Positions 9,332 through 19,331 of a stretch of DNA of 44,868 bases are shown here, piece by piece. Each line of letters begins with the position of its first letter. Position 1 is the stretch's first letter. Below the pieces are notes generated by a model. The model was not told where the DNA came from. It was given only the letters and a program-made list of their open reading frames with translations, and did no database searches. The position numbers and the translations under genes are program-made. The stretch is from an uncultured Deinococcales bacterium (GTDB lineage: Bacteria > Deinococcota > Deinococci > Deinococcales > JAAFIG01): the NCBI GenBank assembly GCA_964244895.1, contig CAXTKV010000012.1, positions 1 to 44,868 of the forward strand. The letters run 5' to 3'.

Positions 9332-10393
9332 ATGAGCCTGTTGTTCAGCCCGCTCGCGTTGCGCTCCGTGACCTTGAAGAACCGCATCGCGATGTCACCG
9401 ATGTGCCAGTATTCCGCCCAGGACGGGCACGTGACCGACTGGCACACCTTGCACTACCCAGCGCGCGCCCTGGGCGGCGTGGGCCTGATCGTGGTCGAGG
9501 CCACCGCCGTCGAAGCCGTGGGCCGCATCAGCCCGGAAGACCTGGGCATCTGGTCTGAGGCTCACGTGGCGGGCTTGCGCGTTTTGGCGGATCGGATCAA
9601 ATCCGGTGGCGCAGTCGCGGGCATTCAGCTCGCGCACGCGGGACGCAAGGCGGGCAGCGCCAGACCCTGGCCGAGCGATTCGACGCCGTTCTCGTGGAGG
9701 GCGGTCGCGCCGAGCGCCACCAGCTTCGGTGAGCCGTACCCGACGCCGCGCGCCCTCGAGACATCCGAACTCGAGCAGGTTCGGGACGCGTTCGTTCAGG
9801 CCGCGCAGCGTGCGCTCCTGGCCGGGTTCCAGGTGATCGAGTTGCACATGGCGCACGGCTACTTGCTCCACTCGTTCCTCTCGCCGCTGTCCAACCACCG
9901 TGCGGACGCGTACGGCGGCAGCCTCGAGAACCGGATGCGTTTCCCTTTGATGGTCGCGCAGGCCGTGCGCGAGGTCGTGCCGCAGGAGTTGCCCCTGCTG
10001 GTGCGCGTCTCCGCCACGGACTGGACGGAGGGCGGCTGGGGTGTTGATGACACCGTGCGATTCGCGCAGGAACTCAAAGCCATCGGCGTGGATTTGCTGG
10101 ACTGCTCGAGCGGTGGCAACGTGCCGAACGCCCGGATTCCTGTCGGTTCCGGCTATCAGGTCGGTTTCGCCGAACGCGTGCGCCGCGAGACGGGCCTCTC
10201 CACTGGCGCGGTCGGCGCGATCACCGAACCCGCCCAGGCCGAACAGATTGTCCGCACCCATCAGGCCGACCTGGTGTTTCTGGCCCGCGCGCTGTTATCC
10301 GACCCGTTCTGGGCGTACCGCGCCGCCCGCGCGTTGGGCGTCAAGGAATCCGTCTGGCCCTCGCAGTACGACCGCGCCTTCCCGTCGCGCTGA
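9332..10393 (+). CDS. NADH:flavin oxidoreductase / Old Yellow Enzyme (YqjM/NamA type)
   Basis: [34 protein letters not shown] motifs. Confidence 0.93.
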   Translation: MSLLFSPLALRSVTLKNRIAMSPMCQYSAQDGHVTDWHTLHYPARALGGVGLIVVEATAVEAVGRISPEDLGIWSEAHVAGLRVLADRIKSGGAVAGIQLAHAGRKAGSARPWPSDSTPFSWRAVAPSATSFGEPYPTPRALETSELEQVRDAFVQAAQRALLAGFQVIELHMAHGYLLHSFLSPLSNHRADAYGGSLENRMRFPLMVAQAVREVVPQELPLLVRVSATDWTEGGWGVDDTVRFAQELKAIGVDLLDCSSGGNVPNARIPVGSGYQVGFAERVRRETGLSTGAVGAITEPAQAEQIVRTHQADLVFLARALLSDPFWAYRAARALGVKESVWPSQYDRAFPSR

Positions 10394-10566
10394 TCCCGCC
10401 ACCTCGAGCCCGCGATTTTGTCTTCCGCTGCCCTGACGGCGGCGGCTCCGTCGGTGTCATCGGCCCGCTTTTGGCCCATCGCGGAGGGGTCGGCGTACCC
10501 CGACTCGCGCAGCAGGGGAGATGCCGTCTCGTAGCCCTTGAGAATTTCAGTGTTATTGCTTAAGAT

Positions 10567-10620
10567 CACCGTCCAGCACGCGATTCTTGGGGATCAAGAC
10601 ATTGCGTCTGGGACGGTCTT
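10567..10620. repeat. Palindromic repeat doublet
   Basis: CACCGTCCAGCACGCG...TGCGTCTGGGACGGTCTT. Confidence 0.8.
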
Positions 10621-10654
10621 CTTTTCCTGCCCGTTCCCCTGGTACGGTGAACGC

Positions 10655-11878
10655 ATGAGTCTCGAGGTGAGCGTGCGACCGAAAACCGCGCTCCGGGGCA
10701 TCACGGATCTGGAGCGCCAGCGCGGGCTGAACGTCATCCTGGCGGGCACGTTCCTGATGTACTTCGGGTTTTTCTTGTGCATCCCGTTGATCGCGGTGCG
10801 TTTCGTGGATGGGTTGGGCTGGTCGGCGGCCTCGGTCGGGTTGATTCTGGGAGCGCGGCAGATCACGCAGTTCGGTTTGACGATGTTCGGCGGCGCGTTG
10901 GCGGATCGGTTCGGCCCGAAACGCTTGATGCTGTCGGGGATGTTCGTGCGCGGTCTGGGTTTCGCGGCGATGGGCTTCGCGGGTTCGTTCGGCGGGTTGA
11001 TGGCGGCCACGGTGCTGTCCGCGCTGGGCGGCGCGATGTTTGAAAGCCCGCGCATGGCGGCCATCGTGGCGCTGACCGACGCAAAATCCAGGACGCGTTT
11101 TTTGTCGTTGGCGGCCACGGTCGGTGGGGTCGGCATGACGCTCGGGCCGCTGGTCGGGTCGTGGTTGTACGGCGCGAATTTTGCCCTCGTGTGCGTCGCG
11201 GCGGGTGCGTCTTACGTGCTGGGGATGCTGTTCACCTGGCCGCTCCTGCCGGACGTGCGCTCGGGCGCGACGCAGCACCTGACGGAAGGTCTGGGGCTGG
11301 CCTTGCGCGACCGGCGGTTCATGGCGTTCGTGCTGATCCTGATCGGCGTTTGGTTCGGCAGCACGCAACTTTCAATCTCGTTGCCGCTCAGGGCGGTGGC
11401 GGTTTCGGGACAGCAGCAGACGGCGGGTTGGGTCTACACGCTGAACGCCTTGATGGTGGTGGGCTTGCAGTACCCCTTGATGCGCGCCCTCGAGCGCCGC
11501 CTCGAGCCGATGCGGATCGTGGTGCTGGGGGTGTGCGTGGTCGCGGCGGGCTTCGCGCTGATCGCGTTCGCATCTCAACCCTGGGCGTTCCTGGTGGCGG
11601 TCGGGGTGTTCTCGTTGGGTCAGTTGATCGCGCTTCCGGCGCAGCAGGCGATGGGTGCGAGCCTGGCCAACCCGAAGGCGATGGGTTCGTATTTTGGCGT
11701 CCAGGCGATCTCGCAGGCCCTCGGTGGCAGCCTGGGCAGCGTCGCGGGCGGCGCGCTGTACGGGTTCGGCGCGCAGGCTGGAATGCCCGCTTTACCCTGG
11801 CTGGTCTTCGCTGGGATTGCGGGCTTGACCGCGCTCGGGCTGTCGGGTTTGAACCGGAGTTCGGCTTCGGATGCATGA
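10655..11878 (+). CDS. MFS transporter (MdtH-like)
   Basis: About 12 TM segments, GGALADRFGPK motif A; ATG 10655 lies 6 nt after TACGGT. Confidence 0.9.
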   Translation: MSLEVSVRPKTALRGITDLERQRGLNVILAGTFLMYFGFFLCIPLIAVRFVDGLGWSAASVGLILGARQITQFGLTMFGGALADRFGPKRLMLSGMFVRGLGFAAMGFAGSFGGLMAATVLSALGGAMFESPRMAAIVALTDAKSRTRFLSLAATVGGVGMTLGPLVGSWLYGANFALVCVAAGASYVLGMLFTWPLLPDVRSGATQHLTEGLGLALRDRRFMAFVLILIGVWFGSTQLSISLPLRAVAVSGQQQTAGWVYTLNALMVVGLQYPLMRALERRLEPMRIVVLGVCVVAAGFALIAFASQPWAFLVAVGVFSLGQLIALPAQQAMGASLANPKAMGSYFGVQAISQALGGSLGSVAGGALYGFGAQAGMPALPWLVFAGIAGLTALGLSGLNRSSASDA

Positions 11879-12039
11879 GGCTGAAACCTTCATGAGCATC
11901 GTTCAGGACGCATCCGAGTCCATTCTTCGGTGCGCGTCCGGCGCGGTTGGCTGACGTTGCGCTGATCGTTATACTGACGCCAATCTCGAGCGTGATCGCT
12001 CGGGCAGCATTCGAGGGGCGAGAGGGATCTGGAGGCGAC

Positions 12040-12942
12040 ATGAACAAACTGGCATTGGCTTTTGTCTTTGGTGCGGCCACCATCGCGGGTGCGAGCATTC
12101 TGGGGGCGCAACCCGCGACGGCCTTGGCGGCGGAAAACTGCCGCGTGATTCGCATGGGTTTCAACCCGGCGCAGGACGCCACCAAGGTGTTGACCTCGGC
12201 CAAACCGATCGCGAATTACCTCGAGGAAACCATCCGTGGCGTAGAGGTGCGCGCCACCGTCGCGCAGGATTACCGCGGCCTGATCGAAGCCATGCGCTCG
12301 GGCAACCTGGATTTCGCGTGGTTGAACCCGGTCGGCTACGTGGATGCCGCCAAGGAAGGCATCGCGGACGTGATGCTGAAATCATCGCGCGAGGCCGGGC
12401 CGTTCTACTGGTCGGCCTTCGTGGTGCGCACGGATTCCAAGTACAAGACCTTGAAGGATCTCGAGGGCTCGACCATCGCCTGGGTCGATCCGAACAGCGC
12501 GGCGGGCTACCTGTTCCCGCGCGCGACCCTGAAAAAAGCGGGCTTCGACCCGGAGAAGTTCTTCGGCAAGCAGGTCTTCGCGGGCGGGCACGATTCTGCG
12601 GTGCTGTCCGTGCTGAACGGAACCGTCGATGTGGCCGCGACCTTCGCGAACAACAAGAAGGGCACGTCCGGCGCGTGGACGCAGTTCGTGACCGACCCGG
12701 CGCAGCAGGCGCGCTTCCGCGTGATCGCGTACTCCGATCCGATCCCCGGCGATACGGTGTCCGTCCGCAAGGATTTCAAGGGTGCCTGCGCCGGTCTGGT
12801 GACCGAGGTGCAGAACGCGCTGATCGCCATGAAGTCCAATCCTGCCACGCAGAAAATGCTTCAGGATTTGTACCGCATCAAGGCGCTGGTTCCGGCCAAG
12901 GATTCGGATTACGACATCGTGCGCGCTGCCTACGCCAAGTAA
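12040..12942 (+). CDS. phnD: Phosphate/phosphite/phosphonate ABC substrate-binding protein
   Basis: Signal peptide, DYRGLIEAM, DPNSAAGYLFP, GGHDSAV; GGAGG SD. Confidence 0.88.
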   Translation: MNKLALAFVFGAATIAGASILGAQPATALAAENCRVIRMGFNPAQDATKVLTSAKPIANYLEETIRGVEVRATVAQDYRGLIEAMRSGNLDFAWLNPVGYVDAAKEGIADVMLKSSREAGPFYWSAFVVRTDSKYKTLKDLEGSTIAWVDPNSAAGYLFPRATLKKAGFDPEKFFGKQVFAGGHDSAVLSVLNGTVDVAATFANNKKGTSGAWTQFVTDPAQQARFRVIAYSDPIPGDTVSVRKDFKGACAGLVTEVQNALIAMKSNPATQKMLQDLYRIKALVPAKDSDYDIVRAAYAK

Positions 12943-12974
12943 ATCCGGCTCGGTGACTCGAGCTTGAGCCCGGT

Positions 12975-13069
12975 ACACCGTCCAGCACACGAGTTTATGA
13001 ACGCGTGCCGGACGGTGTCCGCCTCGTCGTATCTTCAAAGAACACCGTTCCAGACGCGGTTTTCTCGAG
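12975..13069. repeat. Palindromic repeat doublet plus a third unit, between phnD and phnC
   Basis: ACACCGTCCAGCACACG...CGCGTGCCGGACGGTGT and GAACACCGTTCCAGACGCG. Confidence 0.88.
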
Positions 13070-13091
13070 CTTCAAGCCACAGGGTGGGCGC

Positions 13092-13838
13092 ATGATTGAA
13101 GTCAAGAACCTCTCCAAGATTTTCCCGGACGGCACGCGCGCGCTCGACGATGTCAGCCTGAAAATTGCTGACGGGGAGTTCTTGTGCGTGATCGGACTTT
13201 CCGGCGCGGGCAAAAGCACCTTCATGCGCTGCCTGAACCGACTGAACGACCCGACCTCCGGCCAGATCCTGATCGACGGCGATGACATCGCGGGCGCGAG
13301 AGGCCGCGAGTTGCGGCGCGTGCGGCGGCGCATCGGCTTCGTGTTCCAGCAGTTCAACCTGGTCAACCGCCTGAGCGCCATTGAAAACGTACTGACCGGG
13401 CGGCTCGGGTATCGCGACCGCCTGACCGGATTGTTCGGCTTGTATTCCGCCGACGACCGCGACAAGGCCGTCCGGGCGCTGAAACGCGTCGGGTTGGACG
13501 ACAAGATCAACACGCGCACCTCGAGCCTGTCCGGTGGTCAACAGCAGCGCGTCGCCATCGCGCGGGCGCTGGTGCAGGAACCGACCCTGATGCTGGCGGA
13601 CGAACCCACGGCCAGCATCGATCCGAAACTCTCCGGGGTGATCATGGGCTTGCTGAAATCCTTCAGCCAGGACGGCATGACCGTGATCGTCAACATTCAC
13701 GAGTTGCGTCTGGCCAAGGATTTTTCCCGGCGCATTCTGGGTTTCAACAAGGGCCAGCTCGTGTTCGACGGCCCGCCCGAAGCCCTCGACGACGACGAGG
13801 AAGCGCGCGTCTACGCGGGCAGCGTGGCGGATCTATGA
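13092..13838 (+). CDS. phnC: Phosphonate ABC ATP-binding protein
   Basis: GLSGAGKST, FQQFNLVNRLSAIENVLTGRLG, LSGGQQQR, LADEPTAS. Confidence 0.92.
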   Translation: MIEVKNLSKIFPDGTRALDDVSLKIADGEFLCVIGLSGAGKSTFMRCLNRLNDPTSGQILIDGDDIAGARGRELRRVRRRIGFVFQQFNLVNRLSAIENVLTGRLGYRDRLTGLFGLYSADDRDKAVRALKRVGLDDKINTRTSSLSGGQQQRVAIARALVQEPTLMLADEPTASIDPKLSGVIMGLLKSFSQDGMTVIVNIHELRLAKDFSRRILGFNKGQLVFDGPPEALDDDEEARVYAGSVADL

Positions 13839-13861
13839 GGGTGCTCAGCGCTCGAAGTGCA

Positions 13862-13896
13862 GTCAGAAGTCAGAGGTCAGGGCTCAGAGGTCGGAT
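13862..13896. repeat. Heptamer tandem repeat x5
   Basis: GTCAGAA GTCAGAG GTCAGGG CTCAGAG GTCGGAT. Confidence 0.7.
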
Positions 13897-13991
13897 CGAA
13901 CCCCTTTTGCGCGGCCCAGGGGCGAAGGTCGTGCTTCAGCGCGCATCGCATGGTGTGTTCGCCCGCGAGACGCGGAGTCAACGGATTGCTG

Positions 13992-14049
13992 GATCCAGGG
14001 AACACCGTCCCACACGGTATTCCCTGGATCGCGTCCCGCACGGTGTTCC
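13992..14049. repeat. Palindromic repeat units between phnC and phnE
   Basis: GATCCAGGGAACACCGT-CCCAC-ACGGTATTCCCTGGATC followed by GCGTCCCGCACGGTGTTCC. Confidence 0.85.
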
Positions 14050-14076
14050 TGCTCGCGGCTCGCAACGGAACCAGCC

Positions 14077-15921
14077 GTGATCCTCAGTTACGCGATCATC
14101 GCGCTCCTGATCGGCGCAGCCACCCTGGCGGCCCGCGGTTCGGCCAGAAGGCTGGTGGTGGCGGGCGCGCTCGGGTTGATCGTGGTGTTCCTGGCGCAAC
14201 CGTGGGTGCAGCTGGAGGGTGCGTTCAGCCGCCACCTGGTGAAACCCACGCCGATCGCGTTCGCGCTGGATTTCCCGTCGCTGTGGATCGTGCCGGTGCT
14301 GGCCGTCGTCGCGTTGGTGTTGGCTCGAGGCCGTCAGGCGCAGCGTGTGGGTGCGCTCGGGCTGGTCGGTGGGTCGATGGCGCTGATTGTGGCGTTCGCG
14401 TTTGGCCTCTCGCCGGAGCGTTTCGTGCGCGTCAACGGCGTGCCGTGGGTGCTCGAGGTGCTGATCCCACTGATCGCTCTGGCGGTCGCCTACGCGATCT
14501 CCAGAAGTTACGCGGAAGCCCGTTTGCAACTCGCGACCGTGATTGTGGGCGCGGTCGCGGCCCTCGGGCTGGGCGCGTACGTGTTCAGTTCCGCCGGAGC
14601 CGTGACCTTCGATGCGCTGCGCGGCTATTACAAAGTCGTCGGCGCACCGACGCCGACCGATCTGGCGTTGGTGGTCAAGAACTGGAACGAGACGCTCGAT
14701 CTGACCAACGCCGAACGCGCGCGCATCAACACCGACTGGGCCAGTGCCGGAACGACCCTCTTCAACGCCGAGGCAGCGCTCCAGAAGGCGCGAGAGGTCG
14801 AACGCGGCGCGGCGGCCAACGGTGCGCAGGCGCTCGAGGTCGCACGCAACGCGCTGCGCGAAGCCGAACGCAGCCTTCAGGGCGCGCGGGACAAGATTGA
14901 CCAGATTCGCACGCAACGCCTCGAGTTCGGCCTGAGCGACGAAAACGCCAAGCTGGAACCCCTGGGGGCGATTCAGGACGCGTCCGCGCTCCCCAAGGGC
15001 TACAAGCCCGAGCGCGAGGCGTCCGACGCAGGCGTGCGCCGCGTCTTCCCGGCGCACCCGGCCTACGGGTTCGGCGCGTGGGTGCTGTTCGGCATCCTGA
15101 TGACCGTCGGTGGCGCGGGCTTGCTCGCCAGGCCCAACGCGCTCGAGGACGCGGACCTGACCTCCGGTGTCGTGCTGGCGGTCGTGATCGCGGTGCTGGC
15201 CTTCGGCTTCAACGCCGTCGAATTCGACCTGGGGCGTTTCATTCGCGGTTGGCCGTTCATTCAAGATTTCGGGCGTCGTTCCTGGCCCCCGGACTGGAAC
15301 GCAATCCTTTCAGACGTGCTCAAGGCGCTGGCCATCACGGTCGCCACCGCCATGATCGGCACGGTGTTGGCGGCGTCATTGGCCTTGCCCGCGTCGTTGC
15401 TGGCCTCTCGCAACCTGACGCAGCGCAGCCCGGTCGGACGCGCGCTGTACATCCTGACGCGCGTGTTCTTCAACGTCGACCGGGGCGTGGACACGCTGAT
15501 TCTGGCGCTCGTGTTCGTCGCGGCGGTCGGCCTGGGGCCGCTGGCGGGCGTGCTGGCCATGGCGATCCACTCGATGGCCGATCTGGGCAAGCTCTACTCC
15601 GAAGCCATCGAGAACGCCGACAGAGGCCCCCTGGAAGCCCTCGAGGCGGCTGGAGCACCCGGCACGAGCGTGGTGCGTTGGGCGGTGCTGCCGCAAGTGC
15701 TGCCGTTGTTCGTGTCTTACACGCTGTACCGCTTCGAGATTAACTTTCGCGTCTCCATCATTCTGGGCTTCGTCGGTGCGGGCGGCGTGGGCTTCTTGAT
15801 TCAAGAAACCATGCGTTCCGGCAAGTACAGCCAGATGATCGTGGCCGTGCTGGCGGTCGTGGTGATGGTCAACCTGTTGGATTTCGTCAGCGCTTCCGTT
15901 CGCCGCCGCATCATCGGTTGA
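14077..15921 (+). CDS. phnE: Phosphonate ABC permease PhnE with a very large N-terminal extension
   Basis: C-terminal PhnE core: AVGLGPLAGVLAMAIHS, GKLYSEAIE, LYRFEINFRVS..LGFVGAGGVG. Confidence 0.88.
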   Translation: MILSYAIIALLIGAATLAARGSARRLVVAGALGLIVVFLAQPWVQLEGAFSRHLVKPTPIAFALDFPSLWIVPVLAVVALVLARGRQAQRVGALGLVGGSMALIVAFAFGLSPERFVRVNGVPWVLEVLIPLIALAVAYAISRSYAEARLQLATVIVGAVAALGLGAYVFSSAGAVTFDALRGYYKVVGAPTPTDLALVVKNWNETLDLTNAERARINTDWASAGTTLFNAEAALQKAREVERGAAANGAQALEVARNALREAERSLQGARDKIDQIRTQRLEFGLSDENAKLEPLGAIQDASALPKGYKPEREASDAGVRRVFPAHPAYGFGAWVLFGILMTVGGAGLLARPNALEDADLTSGVVLAVVIAVLAFGFNAVEFDLGRFIRGWPFIQDFGRRSWPPDWNAILSDVLKALAITVATAMIGTVLAASLALPASLLASRNLTQRSPVGRALYILTRVFFNVDRGVDTLILALVFVAAVGLGPLAGVLAMAIHSMADLGKLYSEAIENADRGPLEALEAAGAPGTSVVRWAVLPQVLPLFVSYTLYRFEINFRVSIILGFVGAGGVGFLIQETMRSGKYSQMIVAVLAVVVMVNLLDFVSASVRRRIIG

Positions 15922-16070
15922 AGCTGCAAAGAGCGCTCAAAGTTTGCGGAAGGTATCTTCTCACGGATGCCATTCGCAACTCATTGTGTGATTCGAGATG
16001 GCCCCAGAAGACACGATTCGCCCTCGAGTGCGCCGTCCTGGATGATCCGAGATGGATAACGCGGATTGTA

Positions 16071-16088
16071 AACACCGTCCTGGACGCA
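16071..16088. repeat. Single repeat unit
   Basis: AACACCGTCCTGGACGCA. Confidence 0.75.
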
Positions 16089-16229
16089 ATACGGAACGAT
16101 TTTTCTGATGAACTCGCTCATGAAGTGACAGAATTGTGGCGCCAGGGTAACCTGACCGCCTGGGGGAGAAGCAGTGCGAAGCCGAACAATCCTGATCGTC
16201 CTGAACGCATCATCGAGGCAACCCGAAGC

Positions 16230-17555
16230 ATGAACCAATCGGGTTTCCGCGACATGCTCCGCCATCCCGGCAGCCTGACGTACGTGCGCATCTGGGCCAG
16301 CCAGATGCTCTCGAGCGTCGGATCTGAAATGACCAGCTTCGCGCTCGCGGTCTACCTGTACCAGCGCACCGGTCAAGCGACCGCGCTGGCCTTGACGCTG
16401 GCCATCGCGTTCCTGCCGCGCGCGCTGTTCACAATCATCGCGGGTGGCGTGGTGGATCGCACGGATCGGCGCACGGTGATCATGCTGGCGGAATTATCGC
16501 AAGCCACCGCCTTGATCGCGCTCCTGACCCTGGCGAACATCGGCAAGCTCGAAGCCTGGATGATCTGGATCGCGGTCGCCGTGACTGCCGTCAGCACCAG
16601 CTTTCAGAACATCGCCAGCGCCGCGACCATCAGCTTGCTGGTGCCCAAGCAGCACCTGGCGCGCGCCAATGGCCTGCAATCGATCGCGGAGGGCGTGCAG
16701 TACACGATTGGCCCGGCTCTGGGCGGATTGCTGTTCGGGTTGTTCGGAGTGCTGGGCGTGCTGCTGATCGACTTTCTGACGTACCTGGTGAACCTGGCAA
16801 ATTTGATTGACCTGTCCATCCCCAACCCGCCCAGGGAATCGCGCCCGAAGCGCCTCTCGATTCTCGAGGATGCGCGCACGGGCTGGAATTTCATCCGATC
16901 CAGGCCCGGATTGTTCGGGTTGATGGGCATGTTCATCGCCTGGAATCTGGTCGTGGCGACCGAGCCGCTGTACCGCAGCGTGGTGCTGGCCAACACCAAC
17001 AACAACGCCACGATCCTCGGCTTCGTGGCGACCGGCGAGGGGATCGGCGTGATCGTCGGCGGACTGTTGATGACCGCCCTCGGCGGCCCGAAACGCTTGA
17101 TCAACGGCCTGCTCTCGAGCGTGTTCTTTTTCGGTTTGTTCGGCCCGGTGCTTTTGGGTCTCTCGCGCAGCGTGCCGTTCTGGTTCATCGGGACGATCCT
17201 GTGGACGGTCTTTGGTTCGATCTACCTGGGGTCTTTGGGAACGTTGTTTCAGCGCAAGATTCCGCCCGAATTGCAGGGTCGCGTTTTCGCCATGCGCCGC
17301 GTGTTGACCATCGCCGGTCAGCCGCTGGTGCTGTTCGCCGTCGGGCCGCTGGTGGACAAGGTTTTTAACCCGTTGATGGGTGGTTCCCTCGGTCGCAGCC
17401 TCGAGTCGGTCTTCGGTGTTCACGCCAACCGTGGCGCGTCGGTGATGCTGGTGCTGATCGGTCTGATTCTGATGATCGTGCCCGCGTTGACCGCACTGAA
17501 CCCTCGGGTTCGGAACCTGGAATCCGAGATTCCCGACGCCGTTTCGGAAGCCTGA
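16230..17555 (+). CDS. MFS transporter (DHA3/macrolide-efflux-like)
   Basis: WASQMLSSVGSEMTSFAL, AGGVVDRTDRR, LARANGL, QRKIPPELQGRVFA. Confidence 0.9.
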   Translation: MNQSGFRDMLRHPGSLTYVRIWASQMLSSVGSEMTSFALAVYLYQRTGQATALALTLAIAFLPRALFTIIAGGVVDRTDRRTVIMLAELSQATALIALLTLANIGKLEAWMIWIAVAVTAVSTSFQNIASAATISLLVPKQHLARANGLQSIAEGVQYTIGPALGGLLFGLFGVLGVLLIDFLTYLVNLANLIDLSIPNPPRESRPKRLSILEDARTGWNFIRSRPGLFGLMGMFIAWNLVVATEPLYRSVVLANTNNNATILGFVATGEGIGVIVGGLLMTALGGPKRLINGLLSSVFFFGLFGPVLLGLSRSVPFWFIGTILWTVFGSIYLGSLGTLFQRKIPPELQGRVFAMRRVLTIAGQPLVLFAVGPLVDKVFNPLMGGSLGRSLESVFGVHANRGASVMLVLIGLILMIVPALTALNPRVRNLESEIPDAVSEA

Positions 17556-17562
17556 TTTTGAA

Positions 17563-17608
17563 AACACCGTCCAGCACGCGTTCTTGAATATGCGTGCTGG
17601 ACGGTGTT
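17563..17608. repeat. Canonical palindromic repeat doublet
   Basis: AACACCGTCCAGCACGC-gttcttgaatat-GCGTGCTGGACGGTGTT, 7 nt after the stop. Confidence 0.95.
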
Positions 17609-17709
17609 GTTGTAGATCAGCCTCGTGCCGCAAGCCGCAAGGAACAACCGATCCCGCTTGCAGCTGACGGCTCGCGGCCTGCGGTTCGAGCCGCGCGTTA
17701 AAATCCATC

Positions 17710-18063
17710 ATGACCATCTTCGAGAAGATCATCGCCCGCGAGATTCCCGGCACCATCGTCTTCGAGGACGACGCGTACATCGCCTTCGAGGACATCAACC
17801 CGAAAGCCCCCGTGCACGTGCTGGTCGTGCCGAAGAACGTCACGAGCCGCCTGGACGAGATCACCGACGCACCGGAGATCGGACGGTTATTCCAGACTGC
17901 GATCAGGGTCGCCCGAGAATCGCTTCGGCTGAGCGATTACCGCCTGGTCGTCAACGTCGGCGCGGGCGCGGGCCAGATCGTGTTTCACACGCACGTTCAC
18001 ATTCTGGGCGGCTGGCTCGACCAAAGCGCCGATGCCCACCACGACGAGATGGCTCGAGCCTGA
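17710..18063 (+). CDS. HIT (histidine triad) family protein
   Basis: [17 protein letters not shown] and [15 protein letters not shown]. Confidence 0.95.
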   Translation: MTIFEKIIAREIPGTIVFEDDAYIAFEDINPKAPVHVLVVPKNVTSRLDEITDAPEIGRLFQTAIRVARESLRLSDYRLVVNVGAGAGQIVFHTHVHILGGWLDQSADAHHDEMARA

Positions 18064-18127
18064 TCGGGAACCCGGCTCGAGCCTCCGGCATCGGCCTGAA
18101 CGGCGCCAGTCCGAAATGGGAAACGCG

Positions 18128-18153
18128 AAAAAGGGCGTCCAGATGGACGCCCT
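18128..18153 (-). terminator. Intrinsic terminator of infC
   Basis: Minus strand AGGGCGTCC-ATCT-GGACGCCCT followed by TTTT. Confidence 0.75.
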
Positions 18154-18169
18154 CAAGGTTCGCGTCGGG

Positions 18170-18763
18170 TTACTCTGCTGCGCCGACGGTCGCGGGCTCG
18201 GTTTCAGGATCAACGTCGGGCGGCAGGTCGGCCTTGACGACCAGCGCGGCGGCCTTGGCGGTCGGCGCGACGATCATGTTCATGTCCATGCCCGCCAGCA
18301 TCGGTGGCACTTCGATGATCGCGGCCTCGCCCAGCGTGACTCCGACGCGCTTCAGGAGCGCCTCGCCGAGTTCCGGGTGGGTGCGCTCGCGACCGCGGAA
18401 CATGATCGTGACCTTGACTTTGTGGCCTTCTTTCAGGAAGCGCTTGACGTGGTTGACCTTGGTTTCAAAGTCACCGCTGCCAATCTTGACGCGCAACTTG
18501 ATGGATTTCTGTTCCTGAGATCGCGCTTTCTTGCGCGCCTCTTTTTCCTGTTGTTGGGCTTCAAAGCGGAAGCGACCGTAATCCAGGAGTCGGCAGACCG
18601 GTGGAACCGTGTTCGGCGAAACCATCACGAGGTCGAGGCCCTTTTCCAGACCCATGCGCATGGCATCCTTGGTATCGATGATGCCGACCTGATTGCCCTC
18701 GTCGTCGATCAGTCGAACCTGACGAACCCGGATCTGCTCGTTGATCTTGTGCTCCTTGGCTAC
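18170..18763 (-). CDS. infC: Translation initiation factor IF-3 (probable non-canonical start)
   Basis: INEQIRVRQVRLID, PPVCRLLDYG, GHKVKVTIMFRGRE. GGAGGT SD is 7 nt before GTA at 18763. Confidence 0.95.
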   Translation of the reverse strand, partial: VAKEHKINEQIRVRQVRLIDDEGNQVGIIDTKDAMRMGLEKGLDLVMVSPNTVPPVCRLLDYGRFRFEAQQQEKEARKKARSQEQKSIKLRVKIGSGDFETKVNHVKRFLKEGHKVKVTIMFRGRERTHPELGEALLKRVGVTLGEAAIIEVPPMLAGMDMNMIVAPTAKAAALVVKADLPPDVDPETEPATVGAAE

Positions 18764-18976
18764 AGCAACCACCTCCAAGTGGTTTCGATCCCGGTCAGCC
18801 CGAGCAGTCTCGCTCGAGCGAAAGCCGTGATGCGTGGATGTTCGGGGCGCGCGTTGGCTTCCTCGGACACCTGAACTTGAGCATTATAGCCCTTTCGGGG
18901 CTGCGGTCAGTGCGATGGAGCGCAGGATCGCGTTTTTGCCGACGGGTACGAACCGGACGGGTGTTAGGCTCGCCGC

Positions 18977-19186
18977 ATGAAATTGATCTTTCGCGAGGAT
19001 GGTTCCGTCGGGATTGAAACGACCGGATCGTACATTATTCGTAAACCCGACGGCACCGAAGAAACCATTGAGAAGCCCAAACTGTCCATCTGCCGCTGCG
19101 GGCTTTCAGCCAACAAACCCTTCTGTGACGGGGCGCACAAGAACTCCGGTTTCAAGGCCGACCCGCTCGAGATCGAGATTCTCTGA
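18977..19186 (+). CDS. CDGSH iron-sulfur domain protein
   Basis: CRCGLSANKPFCDGAH; TAGGCT 6 nt upstream of the ATG. Confidence 0.93.
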   Translation: MKLIFREDGSVGIETTGSYIIRKPDGTEETIEKPKLSICRCGLSANKPFCDGAHKNSGFKADPLEIEIL

Positions 19187-19331
19187 GCTCGTAGACGGCT
19201 CAGTGCGCCATTCAATCGCGATCTCGAGCGGTTTTGCCCGCGGTTGACGCCCTCGCTTCGAGCGGCGGCATGTTGGGTGTTCAACCGATACCCCGAAAAC
19301 CCGTCCGCACCCCTAGAATGGTTCGTAGCTG

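Noticed and set aside
11950..11980. Pho box upstream of phnD (CTGAC-like repeats about 11-12 nt apart)
   Set aside because: Spacing is irregular and similarity to known Pho boxes is too weak to call.
16105..16135. CTGATGA as a hammerhead ribozyme core
   Set aside because: No stem II followed by GAAA, and no compatible stems I/III.
9131..17608. Repeat hairpins as intrinsic terminators
   Set aside because: No U-tract on either strand, and they also occur between divergent genes and inside operons.
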